DNA of 63,999 nucleotides, filler included, from Basidiobolus ranarum (GCA_040143965.1; 14 parts of 14 records of this genome joined end to end with filler, not necessarily neighbours in it), one strand, 5' to 3'. Numbered from the whole stretch's first letter, positions 24,113 to 36,846 are shown. Made by a program: numbers and translations. The notes: a model not told the origin generated them from the sequence alone.

Positions 24113-24680
24113 TAACAAAAATTTGAGGATTGTTATTGTAGGACAACCATCACAGCTTTAATCCATATTGGATTGAATGCTTGAATGCGGTTGTAAAATT
24201 GTCAAGTTAGATTTGATTTTGATCAATTTTTCAGTTTCAGGAGTGAAATTCCAAGATCTTCCTAAATAGTTGAACATGATTGGCTACAAACTCAGAGAAC
24301 TATGGATCAACACATGTGCAAAAAATGTGACTCAAAGTTGACTCATTTACTACTCAAATGCTCTTTGGTTATCTTAAAAATCCCTCATTAAATTTGATAC
24401 ATTGTCGTAAGCACTTTTATAGAGTTCTTGATACCCCAGGTTGAACTCATATTAAGCACTAGTTTGTATCAATATCTCCATCAAAGCCCACCATTACATT
24501 ATTGTTGCTGAATTAACATTCTTCCAGCTATCTGGCAGATGATCTGCAATATTATGCCACATTGTATGAACTTCTTCCCAGATATCTGCATGGTCAACAC
24601 CAGACTGTGCCTCAAGTTTGATGTTTTTCTTCTGAAGCCACTTTCTTCATACTGCAGTCTATTTTTTCCCTTCATACTTT
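24113..24680 (-). repeat. Unclassified dispersed repeat, copy 1
   Basis: Collinear with 28053-28630 (shared GAGGATTGTTATTGTAGGA and TTCTTCCCAGATATCTGCATGGTCAACA). Confidence 0.8.
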
Positions 24681-25358
24681 TGAAATTACTCCTCAAGCAC
24701 TTTTACTTTTTTTATACATCCTTGTAGTGTTACACTACTGAGGGTGCTTTGTGCTGGTTGCATGTCTCTTTTCCTGAGTTTCAATTTAGGGCTAATTTCT
24801 ACACTTTGACAAGTACCAGCTGTGGTTGGAGAGCCATGAGTTTTATTTTCTGGTTTTTGGTTTGTTGAGAGGTGCCAGGTGTTGGATAAACTTCTAAATT
24901 TAGCACTGTTCCAATCTGTATTCCTGGTTTCAAGGTAAAATTAAACTTTTTTGCCAATATATCTGACTCAGAAAATACAGAATATTGTAATGGTGTGATT
25001 AATTTGGGAAGTAGGTCAGTGGGGCCTAAACTCACTGGCTTCTTGGCTTTTTGCATGGATTTACTAACTTCCTGCACATTGAGTTCTTCTTTATATGCAT
25101 TTGCTTCTTTTCCAAGTTGCTAATTGTTTAGATTTTTGAGATGTTTCATGAATAGGCCAATACTAGCCCAATTGCCATTTGCTTGCAAAACCCAGGATAT
25201 GACACATGAAATATGTCAAGAACCTTCAGAGTAATATTTGGTTTTGGATTTTTCCACCATTGGCTTAAATCAAGGTGAATTCAGGCAGGATTCCACAAAG
25301 GTATCAAAATGTTAAACCACACATCATCAGAGCTAGTGATGTCAGCTCTTGCACTCAG

Positions 25359-27549
25359 TGTCATGATTCTGATCTTGCCACACTGATCCACTACAAATAG
25401 AACTCCTCCATTGATAGATTATGACATCATATCTGCTGTGCCATTTCTTCTTGGCAATCTTCTTTTTGTTTGTCCAGATTACCTTATATGGAAGTCATGT
25501 TCTTTGGAACATTCCTTGAAACCTAACCAATCATGTCATCCCACAAAAAGTGTATTTCCGCCAAGACCTTCCATGGAAGGTCACCTGATCATTCTTACAT
25601 CATTCTTACATCATCCCTCTTTGTATCAATCCTTGTAGTCCCCAACACCCCAACTCTTGAACTTGCCACAGTATTTTCCAAATAATTATATTATGTTTCA
25701 CCTTGCAATATCTATATAAGCCCCATGTATTCCTTGATCAGACCTCAGTCTGATCAATGCCAGTTATCAATCATGATTCTTACCAAAGTATCTTTCTTGT
25801 CCAGTCTTGTCTTGTCTTGTGGTCTACACCCAAGTAATCTCCTGCCTTCTAGCCTCCTGTTGTTGTTCCCAGTCCTTGTCCAGTTCCTTATTGAGACAGT
25901 TTGATCAGACTACTTATACTTGCCTGTAGACTTCTCTCCACCCCTGTTCTCCAACCTTGAAAATCCCCAAGGTTTGCTTCCCTCTTATTTCCCATCTTTC
26001 CCTAGCTTCCTTGCTAAGACAAAGATACCTACCACCTTTGGATAGTTGCTCTAAGTGCATCCTTGTCAAGATGCTACTGGTTGAATTTACAGTTGTTTTT
26101 GGGCAAAGAAGCTTTAGTACTTGATCAAGATCATAGGACATTGATACCAGCATATTCTTTTGTCAAGGTGCCAATCATTTCTTCAACATAAAGTTTGACA
26201 TTGCATTATGGTTATCATTCCTAGAGAAACTTGCGGTTTTTGAAATTTCCCCTTCTCAGCATAGTAAGTATTATGCTTACACCAGCCCTCACAATGTAAT
26301 ATATTATGTGAGCTCTTACTCATCTTCAGCAAGAAAATCAAGAACTTTGTACTTACATTGCTCAAGTACAGAATCCAGCTCCACCCAACTATCCTGCAAA
26401 TCCAACTTGTGAACCCAAAATCTCTTTACCAAATAAGTTTGATGGTACTTGCCAAAACTAACATGGTTTTATTAACCAAGTAAAGCTCATCATCCAGTTA
26501 CATCCCCATCACTACCCCTCTGACCAAAGAAAGGTAGGCTTAGTGGGAACACTATTATCAGGAACTACTCTATATTGGTTTGCTCCTTTGATGGAAAGTC
26601 AATCCCCACTTCTTTCAAACTTCCTTGCCTTTCTTGCTGAACTGGAAGCCACGTTTAAAAATTCAGATAAAGAAAGAACTTCAGCCACCAAGCTCCATGC
26701 ACTTAAACAAGGGTCAAAACCTGCCTCAACTTATGCTGCAGAATTTTGTAAGAAAAAGGATGGATCCCTCCATCTCTGTGTTGACTATTGAGGCCTAAAT
26801 AGCATTACAGTCAAAAATTTGTACCCCTTGCCTTTAATCAACTCACTCTAGGATCAGCTTGCCTCAGCCAAGGTGTTAACAAAGATTGATCTAAGAGGTA
26901 CTTGTAATCTTGTAAGAATCAAACCTGGAGACCAATGCAAAACTGCCTTTCAAACTTGCTATGGACACTTTGAATACAATGTTGTGTCATTTGGACTTAC
27001 TAATGCCCCTGCATTCTCTCAACACATGATGAAGGATATCTTTGGAAAGTATCTTCACCAATTTGTGGTAATCTACCTGGACAATATCTTGATCTTCTCA
27101 AGCTCTCAAGAAGAACATAATATTCATGTTTCCCAAGTCCTGGAAAAGTTGAAAACCTCTGGGCTCTATTCTAAGCTTGAGAAATGTGAATTTGATCAAG
27201 CTCAAGTTGAATTCCATGGATATAACATCAGCCCATCAGGCATCTCCATGAACCCTAAGAAGGTTGAATCTGTTTTGTCTTTGGATATTTGCAAGAATGT
27301 GGAGGATGTCCAATCTTTCCTTAGATTTCCAAACTTTTACCAACAGTTAGTTAAGAACTATTCCAAAATATCCGCTCTATCAACAAACCTTACAAAGAAA
27401 GAACTCTCATTTGACTGGAACCCATCTTGCCAACGAGCATTGGTAACTTTAAGGAGTACTTTTACCTCAGCATCAATCCTGGTACATCCCAAGCTAGACA
27501 AGCCTTTTACTGTTGAAACTGATGCATTTAACTTTGCTCTAGGAGCAGT
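25359..27549 (+). mobile_element. Tf1/sushi-type Gypsy element: 5' LTR 25359-25898, PBS 25901-25911, gag fused by deletion to RT, cut at contig end
   Basis: TGTC..GACA LTR with TATATAA 25713; gag PNKFDG...WF...LKQGSKPASTYAAEF; RT KKKDGSLHLCVDY, FGLTNAPA, YLDNILIFS, ETDA. Confidence 0.88.
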
Positions 27550-27649
27550 NNNNNNNNNNNNNNNNNNNNNNNNNNNNNNNNNNNNNNNNNNNNTTAATTA
27601 ATTAANNNNNNNNNNNNNNNNNNNNNNNNNNNNNNNNNNNNNNNNNNNN

Positions 27650-28050
27650 AATTGACTTGAATTGTTCCCATTCCAATAGCATCCAATGTGCGGTCATCTC
27701 CCATGAAAACCTTTCTAATTGGGATTTCTTCATAATCCACAAACCAATGTTTTTCATTTGTGAAATGTTGGGAAGCTCCAGAATCAATATAAAATGTCTG
27801 AAAATCTTTGTTGGTAGTCATAGATAGAGCAGATATAAACAAGTGATCTTCAGTTGTAATGACATTTCCAGATTCAGCTGACTTATTCCAAATTCATAAT
27901 TTAAGGTCAAATTTTTAGTTTTTGATACTCAAGCCATTACTAGGCTGAGATACTTGTGTGGCAGGCTATTCAGGACTATAACTACAATATCTTGATCAGT
28001 AGTAGATACTCCAATACATTCCATTTCATCCACTAAAATAGTGACTTTAC
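27650..28050 (-). mobile_element. Copia family A gag/protease fragment with internal deletion
   Basis: FYIDSGASQHFT; homologous to 9890-10480 with about 10115-10320 missing. Confidence 0.85.
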
Positions 28051-28052
28051 CC

Positions 28053-28630
28053 TAACAGAAATTCGAGGATTGTTATTGTAGGAAAACCATCACAATTTTT
28101 ATCCATTTGGGATTGACCATTTGCTTATCATAAAATTGTCAAGTTAGATTTGATTTTAGTTAATTTTTTCAGTTTCAGGAGTGAAATTTCAAGAACTCAC
28201 AAAATAGTTGCACATAATTGGCTAAAATCTCAGCAAACTATGGATCAATGCATGTGCAAAAAATGTAACTCAAATTTTACACAATTACCACTTGAATGCT
28301 GATTTGTCACCTTTGAAATTCCTTGTTTCTTTGATATATTCTCTTCAATATTTTAATAGAGTTCTTCATACCCAAGGTTTAGCTCATATCCAACATTAGT
28401 TTGTATCAATATCTCCATCAAAGCCTACCATTGTATTAATGTTACTGAATCAATATTCTTCTGGCTATCTGGTGGATACCATACAATATTGTATCACTCT
28501 GTATTAAGTTCTTCCCAGATATCTGCATGGTCAACAACAGACTGAATGTCAAGGTGAATGTTCTTCTTCTGAAGCCACTTTCTGCATACTTGCACTGTGT
28601 TATTCTCTTCATGCTGATCTTAAGGAAGGT
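28053..28630 (-). repeat. Unclassified dispersed repeat, copy 2
   Basis: Collinear with 24113-24680; flanked by Copia fragments. Confidence 0.8.
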
Positions 28631-28860
28631 CTTCATTTATCAACCATGTTGCTTCTTTTGTTGCTTCTCAGGCAGTCATGTATTCTGCTTTTGTTGTTTA
28701 AGATGCTATAGTAGGTTGTTTCTTTGAATTCCAAGAAATAACTCCATTACAGCAAAGAAATATGTATCCTGTTGTAGATCTACTGTCTTCAACATTGCTT
28801 CCTCAATTTTCATCTGAATATCCCATCAGATCAAAGTTTGATTCAGAATATGTGTATTTG
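28631..28860 (-). mobile_element. Copia RNase H fragment
   Basis: GYSDEN*GSNVEDSRSTTGYIF...ISWNSKKQPTIA. Confidence 0.75.
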
Positions 28861-30433
28861 AAGAACATGTATTTGGAGAGATATTACATCAGTGATGGGA
28901 TGGTAATATAGGACCCTCTCTTTTCTAGGAAAAAGTTATCTACAGGGTTGTTTTGTTTTAATGGAAGATTATCTTAAACAGCAGATCCAGTGCTATAGCA
29001 AAGATGTTACTTTGCATATACCAGCTCAATATTTTATTCTAGTACAATTAAATTTTACCAAAAAATAATAATTAACACCACAGCAATCAATTAAAAATCA
29101 ACAGTTTGTTGGACTGATCAGTTGGGTGACTTGCAGAAAGATTTCAAAGTCACAAAACAATTATCCTTTCATATTGTGATAGAATTTGGATGATGTAGTT
29201 GTTTTAGGATTTCAGCAGCAATCACAACTGTAATTGCATATCACTGATAAATGTAAAGTAATGCCCCGCTTTCTATTGAACAAAATACCTGAATCTAAGA
29301 TAAGAATATACTATCTTCAGTGTCTTTTGAAAGTGATTAGATAAAAGGTTTTATGAAATTAATAACAGCCAAAAGGGTCCTTAAAGAGGATGCACTATTA
29401 ACAATTCATCCAAGGATTAAAAGGTTTCTTGTCTATGTGGATAAAGCTAGAGAAGAACATATAGAGTGTCAGAAGTAGAACACAAACATATCAATTCTTC
29501 TTGTATGCTAGTTTTCTGCACATGCTATGATTAAACTCCAATTGCAAATCAAGATCAAGTGAAATTTCCTCCAATTTTTTCTTGTTTTTTATTGGAATTT
29601 CACATAAGGTATATTATTTTCCCCAGTAATTTTTATATAGGCTCCTTGTATACCTTGTTTTGACCTTGATAAGAACAATACCAATTTTCCAGAAATATTG
29701 TTGCTGAAGTATGTTCCCTATTTAGCCTTAAGATGATGTGGTTGCTGTTCTACAACCAACTATCTTCCTGCTTTTTGACCACTTGTCCCTGCCCAGTTCC
29801 ATATTAAGAACATATGGATTAAAATCTAAGTACAATATGATATTGAAATTCAAATAAACACATACACCATTTGCCAGATATACTTCTTCCTTAAGTTCTG
29901 TTGCGTGAAGATGATACAGGCCCCTCTTTGCATAGTAAAAAATATTTGAGTTACACTCTCTAAGAGCACTGTCAAAGCACTTACTCCAAATGGCTTGCTG
30001 TGACAAGGAACAAACAATTCGCTGTAGCCAACAATTTTGATTACTAAAATAAGGGAATTAAATATATTTATGAACTAAGAATTAAATCACTAAGTGAACA
30101 ATAGAAGGATTCTTGTTGAATATATACTTAAAACATTGTGGAAACTTTGCAATAAATCCTTCCCCTAACATCAATATGTGATTGAACAGCCGCTATGTGC
30201 TTTACAATTATCACAACAGTTTCTAAGAACATCATGATGCGGTTAGAGAGTTTTTTAAACTACAAGTAAAAATAGAAAGTCTGCTGCATTGCTGAATAGG
30301 GAGTTTACAAAAGGTGGCTTAAGCTATGTAAGTATTAACGATTAAAGTGTCATAAACATTCCAAATTCACTTATAGTTCAAGCTATATTTTATTTTTTTG
30401 TTAAATAATTTCCTAGTTCATATTCCTTTGATT

Positions 30434-32148
30434 TTATGCTGGGTATTTCTGTTGTTCCTGGAATTCCTCGAGTCTTGAGTAAAGGACACGTCCAATCTCT
30501 GCCATCGGTTCAGGCTTATTCATCTCAAGATGAGCGCATTCGATCTCATGTACCTCGATCTTCCCGCGAGCGAAAGGAGCCCAACTGTTGGGATCGATCA
30601 GAAGAGCTGATTCATCTGAAGGAACCACTGCACTGAAGAATAGTATGTCACCGGAGTACACTGAAGGTGAATATTCGCTTGAAAGACGAGAATTATTTTT
30701 CACAACATCTTGTACAGTTTCCCATAGTGCTCTGCTTTCGCCTTGAGTGTACTTGCTTCCGAAGCGAGCAAGGAGTTCAATGTATGAGGTGTCATCTTCA
30801 TCCTCATCCTCATCTATGCGGCCTAGCTTAGCCGCGTTTTCTGCTCTTGAGTGCATCAAAACAAGTAAATCAACCCTTTCGCCTAGCATCTCAAGTTGCA
30901 CAGCCATAGAGTGGGCTACAGTACCACCAAACGACCATCCTAATAGATTGTATGGTCCTTGGGGTTGAATGAGTCGGATTTGATCTATGTAATCTCTTGC
31001 CATGTCTTCCAATGTCGATGCGGGCTGACTACTACCATCAAGCCCACGCGCTTGTATACCGTACAGGGGTTGGTCTGAATGTAAATGCTTTGCAAGGCCA
31101 ACAAAACTCCAACTCAATCCAAATATGGGATGGATACAAAACAACGGAGACCGACTACCATTTGGTTTGAGAGGTAACAGCACACTAAATGCGTCCTCAT
31201 GGCTGCTATCTTGTTGTGGCAACACCTGGACGAGCTCTTCGATTGTAGGAGCTTGGAAGATTGTCCTTAACTTCAACTCGAAACCCAGGCTTGAACGAAT
31301 TCTACCAATCAACTTTACAGCGAGTAATGAGTGACCGCCAAGCATGAAGAAGTTGTCATGACGCCCGACTTTGTTTATCTTCAGGAGTTCTTCCCAGATA
31401 GCAGCAAGGGCAGTTTCGATCTCGCCCACAGGTGCTTCGTATTTCTGACTAATGAGAGAGTCGTTATCTGGCTCTGGAAGCGCGCGACGGTCGAGTTTAC
31501 CATTTGTTGTCAGTGGAAGTTCATCCAGACGAACATAAGCTGTTGGCGTCATGTAATCAGGTAATCCTGCAGCAACATGAGCTCGAAGCAAATGCGCAAG
31601 GTCTTCTTTATGTTCAGCAACCACATACGCAACTAGTCGCTTATCAGAGCCATTGCTGAGCGCAAGAACTGCTGCCTCCTTGACGATTGGATGGTCAACA
31701 AGACGAGCTTCAATTTCACCGGGCTCGATTCGGAAACCACGGATTTTGATTTGGTCGTCATTACGACCAAGATATTCTAGGTTGCCATCCAAAAGGTATC
31801 GAGCTAAGTCTCCTGTCTTATACATTAAACCATCTTCTTTGTGGCTGAAAGGATCGGGAAGGAAGCGCTCGGCGGTTAAATTCGGACGGTTCAAATAGCC
31901 GCGTGCTACGCCAGCTCCACCGATGTGAAGCTCACCTATCGCACCCAATGGCACCGGTTGCCCATGTGAGTCCAATAAATAAAGTCGAGTGTTTGCGATA
32001 GGTCGACCAATTGGTACACTAATGGTCTGCTCCAGCGGTGTGCGCATGTCATAGACGGAACACCCGACCACTGTCTCGGTGGGACCATATTCGTTCACTA
32101 TCCGTACATCAGGTTGAATACTGCGCCATAGTGCTACTGTCGAAGGAC
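30434..32148 (-). CDS. NRPS termination module (A C-terminal part, T, TE), intronless, 5' end cut by contig end
   Basis: NEYGPTE, GELHIGG.GVARGY, YKTGDL, GRNDDQIKIRGFRIEPGEIE, NGKLDR, FFMLGGHSL, GWSFGG. Confidence 0.97.
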
Positions 32149-32248
32149 NNNNNNNNNNNNNNNNNNNNNNNNNNNNNNNNNNNNNNNNNNNNTTAATTAA
32201 TTAANNNNNNNNNNNNNNNNNNNNNNNNNNNNNNNNNNNNNNNNNNNN

Positions 32249-32368
32249 AAAAATATTCTAAGTAAATTCCGATTGAGAATAATTGATAATATCTTAGTGA
32301 ATTATAAGATAACTAAGTGCTAAGCTATATATGACTATATAGGTGTTTAGGCAATGCTAATTTCAACA
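32249..32368 (-). mobile_element. Copia family A LTR fragment
   Basis: Reverse complement of the first about 120 bp of the LTR at 32836. Confidence 0.85.
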
Positions 32369-32835
32369 CTGTAAAGGAAACTTTTGATAATATAAAGAAC
32401 AAGTTCCCTGACCGTGTGGGGTAAGCAAATATGAATTACACAGCAATACCCTATGGTAGATCCCAGTTATTGATCAGAATCACTGTGGCTCTAGTATAGT
32501 AGAGTTACTTGTAGTGCTGATGCCTTTTCAGTGCTAGCGCAGGAGATCCATTTTGATTGTTCCTTATTGGTGAGATTAGTACGTCTTTGTAGGTACAAAA
32601 TTCTCATTGCTATTGTATTTGTTTACTCTATTTGTACATAGAAGAGATAATCACTTATATTCTTAGAGTAAGTTCTTATTAGTCCAAAAAATATTCAAAC
32701 AATGTTATACCAAGCAGGTATAGTCATGATGCTCTCAAGTGGTGCTCCAAATAAATACCACAATATAACAATTACTTTAGAAATACTGTTAGGCAAGTTT
32801 ATCTTGATTATTAAACCTAGGCCTAAACATCAAAG

Positions 32836-33184
32836 TGTTGAAATTAGCTTTGCCTAAACACCTATATAGTCATATATAGCTTAGTACTTAGTTATCCTAT
32901 ATTTCACTCAGATATTACCTATTATGCTCAATCGGAATTTACTTTAAATATTTTTACCAACTGAGAAGTTCTCAGATATATAGATTTTTCAGACCTATGC
33001 TAGAAGCCCCAAACTTTGCACACATGTTCCTGGGACCTTTTTTAGCACATTCTAGACATTAGTTTGTTTACATCTTGACAAAACTATAAATGTCAACTTT
33101 CAACTCGATAAATCAACAGGTGAAAACCACCAATTTCTCTAATTCTCCAAACCACTTCCAACAGGCTCCCAAAATACTTTAACA
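32836..33184 (+). mobile_element. Complete solo LTR of Copia family A (349 bp) with 5-bp TSD CAAAG
   Basis: CAAAG|TGTTGAAA...TTTAACA|CAAAG. Confidence 0.95.
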
Positions 33185-34053
33185 CAAAGTAGTTTTAAGC
33201 TCAAACAATAAATTAGAAGGATCAAAACATGTTGAATCTATAGTATCCCCAATCCACATGTTGATTGTGCCACTTGGTGTCCTCTCTGTCAATTGGGGGA
33301 GAGTATGGTTAAGTACGCAGATTGTCGAGAGTAGGCAACAATGTGCATGGGTAAAATAAAGAAGGTGTCCCAACCTGATATACTAACATGCCCATATACC
33401 AATAAGTAAGTGCAATCTTGTTCCTCAAGAATAATCAATCCTGACTCCCTTTGTAAACTGGATGTCAACAGTTATACATGGCCATCTTCTTGCTTGCCTT
33501 ATAATCATATATCACAAAGTGCAGTATTCAATAATCCTGTTTCATTACGACTAGATGGATTATAATACTTCTGCATTGTGATAGGCTTGACATATATATA
33601 TAATGCTGTGCTTTGAAGGTTTCGCGCCGACCTTCTCCGAAAAAGGATACTCTATATTATCACTCATTCTAGCTACTTCTTTATTGATACGTTCCGTTAG
33701 TGCTACGTACAGCTGATCTATAGTAGCCAACATGCAAGCAATGTCATAACATCTAGCCCAAATCTGATGGCGTATATCAACAATGCAAATACAAGCTAAT
33801 TTTGCATTGAATTAGTAGGCTATATATATATATATGATCGTATGATTCATTCTGAGAGTAATTCAATGCGTGTGAGGGGTAAGTATGGAGCATATTATAA
33901 TAACCTGAAAAAAAGAATATGTGAAACGTCTTATTGGTTTAGTAATTACGTTTCTAGAACCACATGATGCAGGGGGTAGTATTGATCCTGCTTACACATA
34001 CATATAACCTCGTTATTCCCAAGTGAATTATACTGACCGAGTTGGAGACTAAG

Positions 34054-36220
34054 ATGTGGGTTCTTTCTATTGTATTGATCGTTGTAAGTGTTATCATAGT
34101 CAAATACCGAAATAATGCACCCAAGGAGTTCAAGCAACTGCTGGCAGCGAGAGATCTAGCCGCAGCTTTCGGACTGCTCACTGCTACAGACATGGTGACA
34201 ATTCTAGAACGATGCTACGCACCATCCTTATACCAAGATGGAATAGCCAGAGTAAGATGCAGCATGAATATTGAGGATATTACTGAGCTAACACATGGAT
34301 TATGTAGACGTATATCGGAGGAGCGTCTGGAGTGATGGTAATTATTGTCTAAATAATCTAACTTGAGCCGTGATTAACGTATTAGGCAGATTTCCAATCC
34401 AGAGTATTTCAAGGAAGTTCTAAGTAAAACTGGTGAGTACTCTTCATACGTTACGACCCGTGTATTAGCTATCAACTAGTTTCCGTAGGAACCTTCCCAA
34501 AATTGGCGGTATCCGATTCTCACTACTCGCTCCTCAATAAGTTGGTTGGGGAAAATATTGTATTCGCGTAAGGATAGAGCTCACTCTCTTCATTCCATAA
34601 CAATTCTAATCTCTTCCTCCAGTAATGGAAAGGTTAGATTCTCCCTCAAATACCTCATGAACACACAATGAACACACACACACACATATATATATTACGT
34701 AAAAGGATTGGAAGCTGCGTCGAGAATTGATCAATCCTCTATTTCGGATGGGCTGGGAACCTGCTAGTTTTGGTTCGGTGATCCTCGATTTCTTTGAAAC
34801 AATAGAGAAAGTTGATTCCTCGCCTGACTTGTACCATGCTATGGAATTGTAATTATCTTGGATTCAATATCTGGTTAGGTTTTTAAAGTTACTCACGAAC
34901 CATGTATTAGAATCACCTTGGATACTCTAGGAAATATCTTGTTTGGGTTCGACTTTCAGGTAAAAACAAACCAAGCAATGGTATTGCAGCTACTCTAAAA
35001 CTATCAATATATAGGCGATTCGCAACCCCAAAGGTGAACATGTGGTATCATATAGCGCAGCCGCCATAGCAGCTTATGATATGCTATATATTTCCATCCC
35101 GATTCTGGATCGTTTTCCATTTGGAAGTCGGTCACAGGGGCACCATGCTGTTAAGCACTTCCGCCAAATGTTATCTAACCTAGCTCTGAAAAAGTCAGAA
35201 GAGATTCAGAATGCATCCACAGAGCGGGAGAAAGGTCCTCGCGACTTGCTGACAGTGTATGCTCAAGCGTGGCTTGACAAACGGATGGAGTTTGAGAGTA
35301 TCATTGTAGGTTGGCCAATCAAAACTATAGTCGATCAAGTCTTCTAAATCATTAACTTCTAGGATGATATTATTACCATGATTATCGCCGGTCATGGTAA
35401 TGTGTACTTGTGTGCTCGTACATGTAAAATGCAAGCTCTAACCTTTTAACAGACACTACAGCCAATGCCCTTGCATGCACCATTTATCTTTTGGCTAAGC
35501 ATTCGGAGGCACAGGACAAAGTTAGGGAAGAAATTAGTCGTGTCTTTGAATCTCATACATCTACGAAGGAAATACCTTCGACAAAGGAAATCAAATGTAG
35601 AGTTCGATTTCTCTGTTGCTGATACTTCAATATCTGATGGTTATTTTGCTAGCATTACCTTACCTTGAGGCGGTTATTAGAGAATCTATGCGTCTTTATC
35701 CGTCTGGCCCGATACTACCTACACGTACAACGGCACATGATACTAGCCTTGGGAGTATACCAATTCCCAAAGGAACAATAATTACTTTTAATATTTATGC
35801 AATGCATCGAAGTGACAAATATTGGGATCATCCTGAAGAATTCAACCCTGATAGGTGGCTGACTCCCGGAGGACAAGTTCAGGATCTTCCCGCATGGGGC
35901 CCTTTTACTGGCGGTGAACGATTATGTAAGTAATCAAGATGGTGGATGTTAGTGTTGTTTGAAAAAAGCTAACTATCTATTCAGGTATTGGTTAAGGGTT
36001 TGCAATGACTGAGATGAAAATTGCTTTATCCATGCTAGGTAGTCCATTAATTTTGTTCCTTCAGGCAATATATTACTTATCATTCTATACTGTTACAGTT
36101 CGCAGGTATATGCTGGTAGTACCAGAGACCAGTCCTCACAAAGATAGGATTCACTTTGAGTCTAGTTTAATGTTTAAGCCCCGTGATCTACGTGTGTGTT
36201 TCGAGTTGCTAGCAGAGTGA
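34054..36220 (+). pseudogene. Cytochrome P450, 13 exons, single in-frame TAA at 35993-35995
   Basis: Exons 34054-34251, 34308-34337, 34390-34432, 34489-34567, 34623-34632, 34706-34848, 34911-34959, 35015-35305, 35363-35396, 35453-35596, 35653-35925, 35985-36038, 36099-36220, all GT-AG; WKLRR, AGHDTT, ESMR, PDRW, FTGGERLCIG*. Confidence 0.85.
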
Positions 36221-36846
36221 AAATGCTCCACTTATGGTATTAATATATCAAATCTATCTATACTGTGAACATAGCAGTGTTTCATAACCATTAAATTTAA
36301 ATTTACTAGCACTCACTTCACTAAATCTTGCAGTATTATTACAAATAATATTTGACATTACATTCTTACACTTAAAGACAGATAGCTCTGTTTGTGTGTG
36401 CTACAGGTCTTTTATCTAATTGATTTGCAAGTTTGATAGAATGACGCACCTAATACAAGTGCTGGGTTAGGGGGGATGAAAAAGCACCAGGTGGAGTGGA
36501 CTTTATTTAGCTTATACTCTTATCTAAACAAAGTGACCATCAAACATCAATCTTTTAAGATATTGTGACAAAACAGGATTATATCCATATTTAACTTGAT
36601 GACCAATATAATCCAGTTCTGAGGATGTAAATACAGTGTTAAGGGGTAAAGGTGGTAAGCAGAATGGAAGATACTCAGTACAAACCAAATGGACAATAGG
36701 ACAAAAACCTGGAATAATGGGGATCAAAAAAGGTGTCTTGGAGGCANNNNNNNNNNNNNNNNNNNNNNNNNNNNNNNNNNNNNNNNNNNNTTAATTAATT
36801 AANNNNNNNNNNNNNNNNNNNNNNNNNNNNNNNNNNNNNNNNNNNN

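Noticed and set aside
28860-30060. Possible decayed gene or transposase, including ORF 29728-30006
   Set aside because: CpG-depleted like a repeat, but no motif I can assign
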